IMG/VR virus record: IMGVR_UViG_3300025853_000041
Location: 1-64,000 of that record
DNA length: 64,000 bases
Origin: a virus
Reading direction: 5' to 3' (one strand)
The notes beneath the pieces are model-generated. The model ran no database searches, was not told the origin of the DNA, and saw nothing but the letters and a program-made list of their open reading frames with translations. The stretch's first letter is position 1, and every line of letters begins with the position of its first letter. Below are positions 46,595 through 58,800 of the stretch, one piece after another. Position numbers and translations under genes: made by a program.

Positions 46595-49500
46595 TGGCAA
46601 AGAAAATAACAGAAACTGGTATAGGGCTACATTTAGATAGTGCTATCGTAGAAAGACCTAAAGGAACTTATAGATATGCCCTCAATGCAGTTATGGAAAC
46701 TGACCTTGGGGACATTTCTCTTTTATCTAATGAAGAAAGTAATGAGCCCTGTGCCTATTTGCCACAAGGTTACACTCCTCTTGGAAAAGTTTATATTGGT
46801 GATAATAGAACTGCTATATTTTCAAAAAGTGCTGATGGTTTACTTGATGAGATAGGTATATTAGATAATGCTTGTACATATACTACACATGTAAATGGGG
46901 ATTTAGGTTTTAGTATAAACCACCAGATAGATGCTACATACAGATTAAGAAGAGGATGTGAAACTACAATTTACTGGGTAGATGGAAAGAACAATAAACC
47001 TATGTATTATGTATTTGAAAAACCTCAACAATTTAAAGATGGAGCTGGAGATTGGCTTAAAACAAAATTTGAACTTCAAAGAAGTTATAGAAAAGTACCA
47101 AAATTTGAAGATGTAATTTTACAGAATTCAGGTGGTGCTCTTCCTCCAGGGTCTTACAATATTGCAGTACAATATTTAGATGAAAATCTCAATCCTACTG
47201 AGTGGATTGCCACATCAGAGGTAATTATTTGCTATGGGGATGATACCACAGAAGCATATTTAGAAATTGAAGGAGAGATTAATATTGCAGAAGGAGCAGA
47301 TGTAGAAGATTATAGAACTTTTGGAGATACAGATAAGTCTATAAAAGTAGTGATGGATAATTTAGATGAAACTTTTTTATATTATCGATTAGCTTTTATA
47401 GGAGCAAACAATGGTAGTGGTCAAATTAATGAAATCCATTTTACTGAAAAACTGCCAACTCAAAACAATATTTTTATATACACTGGAACAAATTTTGAAA
47501 CAGAGGGTACTCTTGAAGAGATAGCTGAATTCAACAGTATAATTGAATCAGCAGGAAGTATAGAACAAGCAGACAATATATTAATTTTAGGTAACACTCA
47601 AGGAAAACAAATAAACTATTGTAATCTGCAAAGATATGCTTCTCGAATAAATACAGATTTGGTCACTAAAAAAGTGTTCACAAATCAAATGGTTGATGAA
47701 GCTAATCCAAAATACCCAACAGCCAGATTTAATGGTGTAGGGTATCAGCCAGGGGAAATATACTCTTTAGGAGTTGTGTATGTATTTGGAGATGGTACAC
47801 AAACTCCTGTATATCATATTCCTGGAAAAAACCCTACTATTTTAGATTCAGGATTAAACAATGTCTCTCAAGATTTTGTTTTTGCTCCTGGAGAAAATGT
47901 ATATCCTATGTCTCCTGATAATGAGAGTCTTAACAGTGTGTACAGTGATAATGATACTTGTTCAAATTCAGACTATTGGGGTACAGATTCCATAGGAGAT
48001 GCACTAAAATTTTCAAAAGTAAGACACCACAGATTTCCAAAAAGAAGTGAGTTAGGTATTGATTTTGTAAATGTAGAAACTGTTATTGGTGGAGACACAA
48101 CTTTTTACCAAGTCTCTTTAAATATAACTGGAAATTTAGTTACAAACTGGATTTGTGATGAGGCAGGGGTGACTGCTGGAACATGTAGTGTAGTAGGAGA
48201 ACAAGTACCTATGCCAACATTCCAAGCAAGAGTCACTTTTGATGTTGATGGTGTAACTGACTATTTAATTGTAAATATTAATCCTTCAGATTATATTGAG
48301 TCAGGTTTGACTACTGCTATTAATATTACAGAATACTCAGACTATTATACCACACCTTTAATTACTATCACTAACATAGAAGAAAGTTTAGATGATGGCA
48401 CAAGTGCAAGTATTGGAGTAAGTTCAGGAACAGGAGATGCAGAACATGGGCTTCTTAGTTATCAAGCTGCTTCAGGAACTGCTGTCTTTACAGCAGAAAC
48501 AAAAATATATTCAACACAAATTTATGGGTTGAAATTTTCAAACATTGAATTACCACCTACTTCAGTAACAAATGGAGAGAAAATTATTGGTTATTATATT
48601 GTTAGAAATGAGAGAACCGAAGAAGAAAAAACTATTTTAGACACTGCTGTTTTAACTCCTTCTACTATCAACGAAAAATATATTGCTCATGGATTACTAT
48701 ATCCTGAGTTTGGGACACTTGATAGAAAAATCTCAGATAGGGTATTTGGATTAATCTCACCTGAATTTCTTTTTGAAGGTAAGAAATATCCTGAGTTCAC
48801 TAGCTTAAAACAAGAAGGTAGATTCAGTGTTATTGACAGACTAAAAAGTAAATCGAGATATCTTGATATCACTGATGGGAGTAGTTATGATTCTTCAGTA
48901 CATAAAAGTGGTGGAGGTAAAGATAAAGATGGTTGGTCAATAAAAGCCATCACAAGAGATAATATAACAGAATTTGAAAAAGTATATGATGATTTCAACT
49001 TAGTACAAGATGATGTAGAAGATATTTTTTATTTAGATGCTTTACAAAGTCGAGACATTGAAGATGATTCTTTTTCTGTATTTAATATTGCAGGAGACAA
49101 CAAAGTGGGTATTTTACAATTAAAAGAAGACACTAGTGCTGTAATTGATAACACTCTCCCTTATGTATATTTAGAAAGACCAATTGCAGATTCTTATTCT
49201 ACATTTAGGTCACTTCCTTATTATAAGGTTAGTCAAAACCTTCATGAATTTTATTTAGCTGATGGTGAGACATATGACCCAGCTAGTGCTGAAGCCACTT
49301 TATTTAATGGTGATACTTATATTACAGCTTTGAGATATTTGAATACAGTATGGTGGGACAATAGAGTAGCTAAAAGAGCAGGAAGAACTTCTGTTTGGGA
49401 TTACATTATTGGAGCTATTTTACTTGTAATAGGGACTATCTTACTAATATTTGGTGGGTCTGGAGCTCTTGTTATAGGAGCTGGTATCGCAATTATAGGA

Positions 49501-52434
49501 GGTTCATCCTTATTTGTTTCATCAGGTATCAGAAGAGATGCTTTGGTAAGAGCTTATTATGATGAGTATGATAAAGGACTTAGAGAAACTTTATTAGATG
49601 ATTGGATAAACTATGAGTATATTGATTTACCTTGTGATAGAGGTGGGAGCAATAAGTGTCATACCCCTGAAGATGATGAGATAGAGTGGGCTGCTGACTG
49701 TGTAACAGACATGTGGTTTGAATCTCAGGTTAACATATCTTTAAGATATGGAATGAGTTCAAGACCTTCTACATTCTTAGCTGCTCCAGGTAAAATAGAA
49801 TCTGGAAATGATTTCTTAGAACGACACTATGAACATTTTGATATCTATAAACAAAGAGATGTATCTATTTATCCTTTTACAAAATTAGATTCTCATATAA
49901 TGGAGAAACTTATAACATTCAATCCTGAAAGAGAAGACAGTAAAGAGTATATAGGACACCCATTAGGAGAGTGGTATAAGATAAACCCTGATTATAAAAG
50001 AACTAACAAAGAGAAAGTGTTTTTTCACTTACCTCTTGAATATGACTGTTGTTCAGAGTGCCAAGAAGATTTTCCTCATAGGATTAATTACTCACAACAA
50101 TCTTATCAAGAAGAACTTACTGATAATTTTAGAGTGTTTTTACCTAATAATTATAGAGACATAGAGGGAGAGACAGGGCAAATTACAGATTTGTTCAGAA
50201 TTAAAAATAATATATACATACACACTGAAGAAGGATTGTGGCACCAACCTCAAAACTTTCAAGAGAGAGTTACTGGAGATATTGTATCCTTTCTTGGTAC
50301 AGGAGAATATTTTAGTACTCCTCCAAGAAAAATATTAGATGATAATAAAGCATCAGGTGGTTCAAGGCATAAAGATGCAACTATTAAAACTAAACATGGT
50401 GTATTCTTTCCTTCTGAAAATGAAGGGAAAGTATATGTTTTTGATGGTAATGAGTTGAAACCTATTAGTGACCTGGGACTCAACTCCTGGTTCTCTGAAA
50501 ATGGTAAAATTCAATTGCTTTCAGATTATTATGAGACTACTGGAAGACCTTATCCTTATGATAGTAATCCTTCTAATGTAGCAGGAGTAGGGTATGTAGC
50601 AGTTTATGATAGTTTAAAGGAAAGATATATTCTTACAAAACAAGACAGAATTCTTGCTGATACAATCACAGGAGACACTGAGATATGTGTAGATAACAAT
50701 GGTAATACAATTTTGATAGCAGACTATCAAGCAACTATTGATACTTATGAAGGTAATGGATGGACATTTTTAGGTCTTGAAAACTGTCAACTAAAATTTG
50801 AAAAAATTACTTATACAACTGAAACAATAACAGGAGAAGTAACAGCAGAAGAACCTTTACCTAATGATGTAGATATTCATGTATTCTATGATACTTCAGG
50901 TTCTTTTGATGCAGCAGGGTTAGCTCAGTTACATGCAACTGTTGATGCTTGGGTAGCTAATTATGGTGCTAGTAATCCTGATTGGATTGGTAATGTATAT
51001 GAATATGATGATGCTACTGAGCAATGGCTTAAGTATGCTGACATTATGGAGAGCACTACATACTTTGGTCAAGACCTTAGTACTAAGAATGTGCTAGTTG
51101 TTTCATTTTGTAATGAAGCTCAGGGAACTCAGGGTGATGGACCTTACCATGGAGTAGGACCAGTTGACAATCCTCTACCTGCTGTGGAAGCAACTTTTAC
51201 TGCTGACTATAATAATTTTACAGAAATTACATACCCTAAGTACTTATCCTTTATAGGTATTCATTATCCTGTTGTATTTGGACCAGGTACTCCATCTAGT
51301 GATTTAACTAGTTCAAGAAACTTTGTATTACATTCATTAGCAGCATTAAAAGGAGTTCCTTATACTTTAGCTGAAGTAAATGCTTTAAGTGAGAATTTAG
51401 GTTTTGATACTGGAGAATGGGCAACTTTAAAAGCTTCTTTACAAGGGGCTAATCCTTATCCTAACAATGGTTTAGAAAATTTTGGTTGGCTGGTACAGGA
51501 AGATAGATATGTCTCAGCAGCAGGCAGTATAATCACTCCTGCACAGTTTCAAGAGGACATCACAGCTCTATTAGAAGGAAGTAATACTACAACAGTTACA
51601 GAAACTGTGGTAGAGGTTCAAGTTCCTGTTCTTAATACAGAATTTGTATCTGGAGTTGTAGGAGACATAACTAAAGCTGATAATTCGTGGACTATGAGTT
51701 TCAACTTAAAGAAAAGTTCTTGGACTTCTTGGCACTCCTATATACCAAACTTCTTTATGCATATTGCAGATAAATTTTGGAGTTGGAAAATTGGTAAGAA
51801 GGCAACAGAGAAAGTTGCAGAAGAACAAAATGTATTTTGGAAGCATAATAAGAAAGGACATTATCAAAATTTCTATGGAGAAAGACATCCTTTTACAGTA
51901 GAGTATGTGTCTATGGAAGATAAACTCAAAACAAAAATTACAGATGATATTCTTTTATATACTGAAGCAAGGAAATATAATTCTGCTATGAAGCAATATT
52001 TTGACCAAAAAGATGTCACTTTTAATAAGGCTATTTTCTATAATTCAAGTCAATGTACTGGAGAGGTTACGTTAAAAGTTAAAGATGGACCTTCATTAGA
52101 CGATAAAAATTATCTTCTTGACCAGGTAATTGATATCTCTGCAGGCACTATTATTATTGATAAAAATGAAAGAGACTGGTCTATAAACGACTTAAGAGAT
52201 ATAAGAGTAGATATTGACCAACCTATATGGGATGCTGATATAATGTCACGCCAATCTGAATATTATACAGATAAAATATTAAATGTTTCATCTTTGGATG
52301 AAAATAAAGATTGGACTGAATTAGAAAGTTTAAGGGATAAATATTTGGTAGTTAGATTAATATTTGATACTTTTGACGATGTCAAGTTGATATTGAACTA
52401 TTCCATTGATTCTCAGACAGATTCCCAAAGGTAA
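46594..52434 (+). CDS. tail stabilisation (muzzle) protein with inserted domains
   Basis: 1946 aa; YRYALNA...NE.SN, GEIYSLGVVY, NNYRD...G.IT, W.SWHSY.P, LRDKY...RL; position before the cargo genes. Confidence 0.8.
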   Translation: MAKKITETGIGLHLDSAIVERPKGTYRYALNAVMETDLGDISLLSNEESNEPCAYLPQGYTPLGKVYIGDNRTAIFSKSADGLLDEIGILDNACTYTTHVNGDLGFSINHQIDATYRLRRGCETTIYWVDGKNNKPMYYVFEKPQQFKDGAGDWLKTKFELQRSYRKVPKFEDVILQNSGGALPPGSYNIAVQYLDENLNPTEWIATSEVIICYGDDTTEAYLEIEGEINIAEGADVEDYRTFGDTDKSIKVVMDNLDETFLYYRLAFIGANNGSGQINEIHFTEKLPTQNNIFIYTGTNFETEGTLEEIAEFNSIIESAGSIEQADNILILGNTQGKQINYCNLQRYASRINTDLVTKKVFTNQMVDEANPKYPTARFNGVGYQPGEIYSLGVVYVFGDGTQTPVYHIPGKNPTILDSGLNNVSQDFVFAPGENVYPMSPDNESLNSVYSDNDTCSNSDYWGTDSIGDALKFSKVRHHRFPKRSELGIDFVNVETVIGGDTTFYQVSLNITGNLVTNWICDEAGVTAGTCSVVGEQVPMPTFQARVTFDVDGVTDYLIVNINPSDYIESGLTTAINITEYSDYYTTPLITITNIEESLDDGTSASIGVSSGTGDAEHGLLSYQAASGTAVFTAETKIYSTQIYGLKFSNIELPPTSVTNGEKIIGYYIVRNERTEEEKTILDTAVLTPSTINEKYIAHGLLYPEFGTLDRKISDRVFGLISPEFLFEGKKYPEFTSLKQEGRFSVIDRLKSKSRYLDITDGSSYDSSVHKSGGGKDKDGWSIKAITRDNITEFEKVYDDFNLVQDDVEDIFYLDALQSRDIEDDSFSVFNIAGDNKVGILQLKEDTSAVIDNTLPYVYLERPIADSYSTFRSLPYYKVSQNLHEFYLADGETYDPASAEATLFNGDTYITALRYLNTVWWDNRVAKRAGRTSVWDYIIGAILLVIGTILLIFGGSGALVIGAGIAIIGGSSLFVSSGIRRDALVRAYYDEYDKGLRETLLDDWINYEYIDLPCDRGGSNKCHTPEDDEIEWAADCVTDMWFESQVNISLRYGMSSRPSTFLAAPGKIESGNDFLERHYEHFDIYKQRDVSIYPFTKLDSHIMEKLITFNPEREDSKEYIGHPLGEWYKINPDYKRTNKEKVFFHLPLEYDCCSECQEDFPHRINYSQQSYQEELTDNFRVFLPNNYRDIEGETGQITDLFRIKNNIYIHTEEGLWHQPQNFQERVTGDIVSFLGTGEYFSTPPRKILDDNKASGGSRHKDATIKTKHGVFFPSENEGKVYVFDGNELKPISDLGLNSWFSENGKIQLLSDYYETTGRPYPYDSNPSNVAGVGYVAVYDSLKERYILTKQDRILADTITGDTEICVDNNGNTILIADYQATIDTYEGNGWTFLGLENCQLKFEKITYTTETITGEVTAEEPLPNDVDIHVFYDTSGSFDAAGLAQLHATVDAWVANYGASNPDWIGNVYEYDDATEQWLKYADIMESTTYFGQDLSTKNVLVVSFCNEAQGTQGDGPYHGVGPVDNPLPAVEATFTADYNNFTEITYPKYLSFIGIHYPVVFGPGTPSSDLTSSRNFVLHSLAALKGVPYTLAEVNALSENLGFDTGEWATLKASLQGANPYPNNGLENFGWLVQEDRYVSAAGSIITPAQFQEDITALLEGSNTTTVTETVVEVQVPVLNTEFVSGVVGDITKADNSWTMSFNLKKSSWTSWHSYIPNFFMHIADKFWSWKIGKKATEKVAEEQNVFWKHNKKGHYQNFYGERHPFTVEYVSMEDKLKTKITDDILLYTEARKYNSAMKQYFDQKDVTFNKAIFYNSSQCTGEVTLKVKDGPSLDDKNYLLDQVIDISAGTIIIDKNERDWSINDLRDIRVDIDQPIWDADIMSRQSEYYTDKILNVSSLDENKDWTELESLRDKYLVVRLIFDTFDDVKLILNYSIDSQTDSQR

Positions 52435-52462
52435 AGTTTTAAATTAATTAATTAAGATAAAT

Positions 52463-53974
52463 ATGAAAAAGAAAAAAGTTAAGAAATATCAATTGGGAAC
52501 AGGAAAAAATGGTGTTGTAAGACATTATATTGAAAGTCCTGCTGAAACTATGGTAGAAAATGATATCATGATGGCAAAAGCAAAAGCTGAAGCTGCTGAC
52601 AATCAGTGGGCTAAAGGTTTAGACTTGTTTGGGAATATGGCAATCCAATATGGAATGTCTCAAGCAGGAGGCTTAGGTGGTGTTGGACAAGGAATAGGAG
52701 AAGGAATGGGAAATATATTTGGAGGAAACAACACAAAAGGTATGATGGAAATACCAGGAGCAGTGGTTAGTAGAGCAGCTTTTGGAGGAACAGCAGGAGA
52801 AGTGCCAGTGGAAGTTGAAGGAGATGAGGTAGCAGAGTTGCCTGATGGTGGACTAATTGATTTTGAAGGTCCTTCACATGAAGATGGTGGTATAAATACA
52901 AATTTACCAGAAGGAACAGATATTTTTTCTAAGAGGATTAAAGTGAGTGGAAAAACAATGGCTGAGAGAAGATTAGCCAGAATGAAGAAGGAAAAAACTT
53001 TAACAGACCTATTAAAAGGGTCAAATTCTCATGATGTGGTTCTTAATCAAACTCTAAAAAGAACACAAGAAAACAACGCTATGGAACAAGAAAAAGATAA
53101 AAGATTACAACATGTGGTAAAACTATTACATGGAATGACAACTGCTAAAGTCAACCCAGGAACCCCTCAAGAAGCTAGTTTTGGTACATTCTTTAAAGGA
53201 CTTTTTGGTGATTCAGAAACAGGAGAAAAAGGAAGTCTGAATTTCACAGGAGGAGATTTAGTAGGTTTGGCTGGTACATTGTATTCAGCATTTGAACCTA
53301 TGAAAAACACACAAGAACAAAGAGCAGGAGATACTCCTAATATAAATGCTTTTAAAGATTTTGGTGTGGACGCTTTAGATACAATGGAGTCAGCAAAAAG
53401 TTATATAGGAAGTGTACAAGATAATGCTTTACAAGATATTGAATCTAGTAGAACTAAAGCTACTCTACAAAACAGACAATCAGCAAGAGGTGTAAATGTT
53501 ATGAGAGCATTAGACACAGCTACTCAACTTAATGCTGACAAAGCAAAAGGGGATATCTATGATAAGTTTGCCACACAAATGATGAACATGCTTACAAGAC
53601 AAGCAGGTTTAGAGAATGAGCAAGATTTACAAGTAATGACAGGAGAGCAAACTAGAGATGATGCTGATAGACGAGACAGAGATAATTACTACTCTCAATT
53701 AGCTAAAGATATTGCAAGTAAAGGACAAGGCATTCAACAAGCAGGAAAAATGCTTAATCAAAATAAAGCAAATACTGTTTCTGAAAATTTACTTAATCAA
53801 ACTTCAAAAAATTATAGAGTTGATAGTAATGGTAATATCCTTCTTAAAAGTGGAGATAGAGAAATGAGTGTAGAAGAAAGTTTAGCTTATGCACAATCAT
53901 TAGGTTTTAAGACAGTAGAAGCATACCTTGAAAGTCTTTTACCTGGTGCAACAACTGAAAAAACAACTGATTAA
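52463..53974 (+). CDS. virion cargo/ejection protein
   Basis: EVEGDE...GPSHEDGG...IFSKR motif; Gly-rich hydrophobic stretches and coiled coil. Confidence 0.65.
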   Translation: MKKKKVKKYQLGTGKNGVVRHYIESPAETMVENDIMMAKAKAEAADNQWAKGLDLFGNMAIQYGMSQAGGLGGVGQGIGEGMGNIFGGNNTKGMMEIPGAVVSRAAFGGTAGEVPVEVEGDEVAELPDGGLIDFEGPSHEDGGINTNLPEGTDIFSKRIKVSGKTMAERRLARMKKEKTLTDLLKGSNSHDVVLNQTLKRTQENNAMEQEKDKRLQHVVKLLHGMTTAKVNPGTPQEASFGTFFKGLFGDSETGEKGSLNFTGGDLVGLAGTLYSAFEPMKNTQEQRAGDTPNINAFKDFGVDALDTMESAKSYIGSVQDNALQDIESSRTKATLQNRQSARGVNVMRALDTATQLNADKAKGDIYDKFATQMMNMLTRQAGLENEQDLQVMTGEQTRDDADRRDRDNYYSQLAKDIASKGQGIQQAGKMLNQNKANTVSENLLNQTSKNYRVDSNGNILLKSGDREMSVEESLAYAQSLGFKTVEAYLESLLPGATTEKTTD

Positions 53975-53976
53975 TT

Positions 53977-55833
53977 ATGGGAAGATACTATGAAACTGCT
54001 AAACCTACCTTTGTAGATGATATTATTTACAAAGCACCTTATGAACTAATTGCAAGAGCTTTACAAACTAAAGACCTACAAGTAGAACAAGATAATGCTA
54101 CCATTGATGAATTTGATGTGTTAGGTGAAGATAAAAAATATACTGAGAAAGACAAAGAGAAAAGAAATGCTATTCTCAATGAATATAGAGCAGAGGCTGA
54201 TAAAATAGCTCAGCAAATTCAAGCTAACCCTCAGCATAGAAGTGCTTATATGAGGCAAATTGATGCTGCTAAAAGAAAGTTTGAAAAAGAAATTAGCACT
54301 GGATTCTTAGAGGCTGCAGACAGAAATTATAGTTTACGAGAAGCTGAAAGAAAGAAAATAGAGGCTAGAACTGATATAGGTGCAGAACAAAAAGCTGTTG
54401 CCCTTGCTCAATTGGACCACCTATTTAAAGGGTCTGATGCTGAGGAAGACAATGTTTATCAAGAAGGTATGCATATATATGAGAAGTTAGATGAAGAGAA
54501 ATTCATTAAAGATAAGAAAGCTGTAATCACAGCTAACTCTATAAAAACAAAAACTAATAGAACTGATGGTTGGTATTTTACAACTGATACAGGAGACAGA
54601 AAATTTATTGAGGAGGATAAACTAGACGATATCTTTGAAAATTCTACTGGTGTAGGTAAATGGGAGAAAGCTTTGTTGCAAAGACTAGATTGGCAAGTTG
54701 ACCAAGGAGTTATTACACCTGAAGAAAGAGATAGAACTTTCTATGAATCAAGAGAAACATTTAAACAAGATTTTATTAAGTCTTTAGAATTTGAACAAAA
54801 AGATACAGCAGAAAATATTTTATCCAAAGATGGTACTGCTGCTCAAAGACAAAGTCTTTCTATGGCTTGGGGTAGATATAATAAAGAAATGGATGAAATA
54901 GAAGATACAGGACAAGTTACTATTGATAGAGATATGATTCCTGTGCCTGAAGAAAATAAAACTGAAACTGATATGGAAGCTACTGCCTATAATGCTTCAG
55001 CTAAAAACTTTAAAAACTCTATTAGAGAAAGATTATTGGCTTCAGGTAATTTTACTACTGAAGTTCCTGTAAGTGGGGATGCACCTCAAACTGAAGCTGC
55101 AACTGCAGGTGTACAGACAGATGAAGAAGCTCTTAATGCAGCAGTAGAGGCTGAGTATAAAGAGACTCTTGACATTTTAGCATTACCTTTAGAGCAAAGA
55201 CGAGATGCTACTAAAAGTATGATTGAAAATGGATACTTACCTTCAGAAATTAATAATCTGATTAACTTTGCTGAGAACAAAAAAGAAGTATATGATGCTG
55301 CTGTTATGACCAGTAAAGAAAAGAAAACATTTAAAGAAGATACTTATAGTCTTATTCCTCCTACTTTAGTGGGACAGGTTACTTTACCTGATGGAACAGT
55401 CAAGAATATGACTAAAGCTGAATTTGAAAAAACAGCAGAGACTTTAATACCTACTAAAAAGACAGTAGAAAAACCTTTATTTGTAGTATCAAATGGAGAG
55501 AAAATTGCTGCTTGGAAAAGCTCCTCAGGTAACTTAATTAAAATTAGAACAGTAGATGGAGAAGATGTTCCTTTATCTGAATATGACCCTAATGGAGAGT
55601 ATGAAGCAGGTAAAAAAGCAGGTACAGAAAAAGCCACAGAAGTTGTTGGAGTTCAAGAAGACTTTGATATTAATAAAATGAGTCTTTCAACAACCAAAAA
55701 ATACAAATCAAATAGTCCACTACAAAGAAAAACTGAGAACCAAAAACTCAACATTCATGTAACAACCTCTGAAGGTCCTATGGTATTTAGAATCAACAGA
55801 ACTAAAGAGGGAGATTACACATCAATAAAATAA
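53977..55833 (+). CDS. virion cargo/ejection protein
   Basis: 618-aa helical ORF between the muzzle and the giant protein. Confidence 0.65.
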   Translation: MGRYYETAKPTFVDDIIYKAPYELIARALQTKDLQVEQDNATIDEFDVLGEDKKYTEKDKEKRNAILNEYRAEADKIAQQIQANPQHRSAYMRQIDAAKRKFEKEISTGFLEAADRNYSLREAERKKIEARTDIGAEQKAVALAQLDHLFKGSDAEEDNVYQEGMHIYEKLDEEKFIKDKKAVITANSIKTKTNRTDGWYFTTDTGDRKFIEEDKLDDIFENSTGVGKWEKALLQRLDWQVDQGVITPEERDRTFYESRETFKQDFIKSLEFEQKDTAENILSKDGTAAQRQSLSMAWGRYNKEMDEIEDTGQVTIDRDMIPVPEENKTETDMEATAYNASAKNFKNSIRERLLASGNFTTEVPVSGDAPQTEAATAGVQTDEEALNAAVEAEYKETLDILALPLEQRRDATKSMIENGYLPSEINNLINFAENKKEVYDAAVMTSKEKKTFKEDTYSLIPPTLVGQVTLPDGTVKNMTKAEFEKTAETLIPTKKTVEKPLFVVSNGEKIAAWKSSSGNLIKIRTVDGEDVPLSEYDPNGEYEAGKKAGTEKATEVVGVQEDFDINKMSLSTTKKYKSNSPLQRKTENQKLNIHVTTSEGPMVFRINRTKEGDYTSIK

Positions 55834-55840
55834 AAAATTT

Positions 55841-58800
55841 ATGAACGAAGAAGATATCTTACAACTCAAATTAGCTGGGTACATAGTAGAGAATGGGAAT
55901 ATATTAAGTCCTGAAGGTCAGTTTTTATCTAACGTAGAAGTTAATGGTAAAGCTTACAATTCTCTTGATTCAGAAGAAGATTATAATTATCTTAAAGAAG
56001 CTGAAGAAACTATTTTATCAGATAGAACTGCTGCTGAAGAAGCCAAAAATCAACAAAAAGAAAAGATTACTCAATATGAAGCAAATCCTTTAATTTTTGC
56101 TGACCTTGATGATGTGTCTGATGAGGTGTTTACTGAATATATGGACAAAAAGGCTGAAGATAATGAGCCTGGAGCCTATATGCTTAAAGATGATTTGATT
56201 GCTGAAAAGAAATCAGAAGCTATTCAAGAGGACCTAGTTAATAATTTAGAGACAGGTGAGCCATTAAGTACAAACACAATCTTCACTGAAATTCAAAAAG
56301 ATACTATGTTTCAAGACAAAGGTATTAATTTTGATATTTTAAAAGAAGTATTACCTACTGAGAATAGAATAAAAGAAATTGAAAACGTAGATGAAGATGT
56401 GGACACTATACTAAAAGGTGTCACATCTGAAAAAAAGGATAAAGATAGAAATATTTTTAGCAAGTTAGGAGATTGGATGTGGGATGGCATATATAGTGGT
56501 ATTGCTGCATTGACTCCTGATGGTGTTGGAATGGATGATAAAGACCTTAAAAAAGAGTATGTTGGGTTAAATGAAAAAAGAAAAAATCTTTTAAAACCTG
56601 AGATTGCTAAAATAAGTAATGTCTTAAAAGAAGAATTAGATTTTTACAATAAAGACTATGAAGAAAATTATTCCAATGCTGGTGCTCTATTTGGTAGAGA
56701 AGACCAAGATATTAATAATTATGTTAGACGACAATTACAATCTAAAATAAATTATTTAGACTCTTTTGTTGATGATGCAAATGTTTATAACTTAATCAGT
56801 GAAGAATTTTTAACTGATGTGGGAACACTTGGGTTAAGAGATGCTCATGATGCTGTTAAGTATCGTGCCCATTTAATAGGTAAACTAGAGAATGGAGAAG
56901 AACTAACACCTACTGAACAAAGAGCTGTTGAGAATCTAGGAAGAATAGATTTATTGGGTGGTTTAGATTTAGAACAAAGTACATTATATAATTTAACTTA
57001 TGGTGCAGGACATTCTGTATCTTATTTAGCTGGTGGTGTCTTTGGTAGAATGGCTGGTAAAGTTGTTGGTAAAGGCATTGCCAAAGGTGTTACAGGAGCT
57101 GTTGGGTCTAACTTTGCAAGTAAATTAGCCACTGCAGGTGGTAAGCAAGTTGTAAAAGAGTCTATTGGAAGAACAGTAGGTTTAGTAGGAGATATTGCAA
57201 CTCAAGCTACACTACATACTTCTAATTTAGCAAATACTATTGACAATTATTATGGAACAGTTCATATGGGCTTTGATGAAGATGGTAATAAAGTTCTAGA
57301 AACAGATAGAATGCAATATGAATCTGTTCAAAGAGATATAACTTTATATGAAGATGCATTAAATAGTGGACTTGTTCCTGAAGACCAACTAGAAGCAACA
57401 AAAAGTAATCTAAAATACCTAAAACAAATGTTTAGTGAGATGAAAGAGCCTCAAACAGTTGGAGGTGCTCTGGCTAAATCTTGGACAGGCAACTTTGTTG
57501 AATCTGCTTCAGAGGTGGCAACTCTTAATGTTCTTAAAGGTATTCCTAATAACCTTGTAACTAGAAAACTAACTGAAGGACTTAGAAAAACACCTACTTG
57601 GAAAAATTTAGTTTCAAAGACAAAATCTTTCACAGCAGGACCTACTAATATTCTAAATAAAATAAATAAGCCTTTCCCTAAAACTATGGAAGCTTTGAAC
57701 AGCTTCTCTGGGAATAGATTAGGAAATGTCACTATTGGTGGCAACTTAGAAGAGGCATTAGAAGAAGTTGCAGTACAGGTAGTCCCAGTTTGGGGAGAAA
57801 CTGACAAAGAAGCTGCAGCAAGAAAAGATGAACTACTTCATGGAAGTTTCTATTTCAATGTTTTAGCTCAAGCTCCACTACAAAAAATAATTATGAGCCC
57901 TGTTGGTACTGCCATCAGAGGTAAAAATTATATAAATAGGAAATTAGATGCAGATTACAGACAAACTAAAAAGAATTTCAATGAGTTAATGAAAGACTTA
58001 CAAAAAGGAGGTCTTGAAAAAGAAGAGTTTGATGAAATACTAATGGCTGCAGGAAGTGGAAACTTTAGCCAACTAGAATATAAGAACAAGATTAAGGAGT
58101 TAGATGAAAGAGGTGAAACTGTACAAGCTAATAAGATTCGAGAAAATAGAATCTTTAATGCAGCTTTTATGGCAATGAAACATGGTAAAGGCAAAGAGTT
58201 CATTTCTGCTTTAGAAAAATCTTTAGCTAAGCAACAAGCACCAACTACAATTCCTACACAAAAAGAGGCAGCTACTATTGCTGCAACTATACAGGCTATT
58301 ACTGAAGCAAAAGCTGTTCAAAAAAGTATGAAAAAAGTTGAAGGGCTACCTAATGCTGAATTTATTTTGAACTTAGAATATAATAAAAGAAACTTAGAAA
58401 AGAATAAAGAAGGTATTAGAGCAGAATTGTCTGCTATTGATGCTTCTGAGTTACTAAGTGATGAGCAGAAAGAAGGGCAAAGACTTATGTGGGATGGTCT
58501 TATGGAAGATACAGAAAAAGGTCTTAGGGTTTTAAATAAAAAGATAGAAGGTGAAAAATCACCTACAAAAATAAAAAGATATAAGGATGAGGCTTCTATG
58601 ATGGTGTTTGCAAAACGTCATTTAGAACAACAGAAAAAAGAAGGAGTAGAACAAATGAGCTTAGAGACAGCAATAGAAGAAGCTTATGGTAAGTCTATTT
58701 CTAATTCGAGTAAGAAGAAAGTCCTTAAAACAATGGAAGCAGTAGAAATACTACAAATAGCTCAACAAGAAGCTAAAGAAAAAGCTGCTCCAATAGTAGA

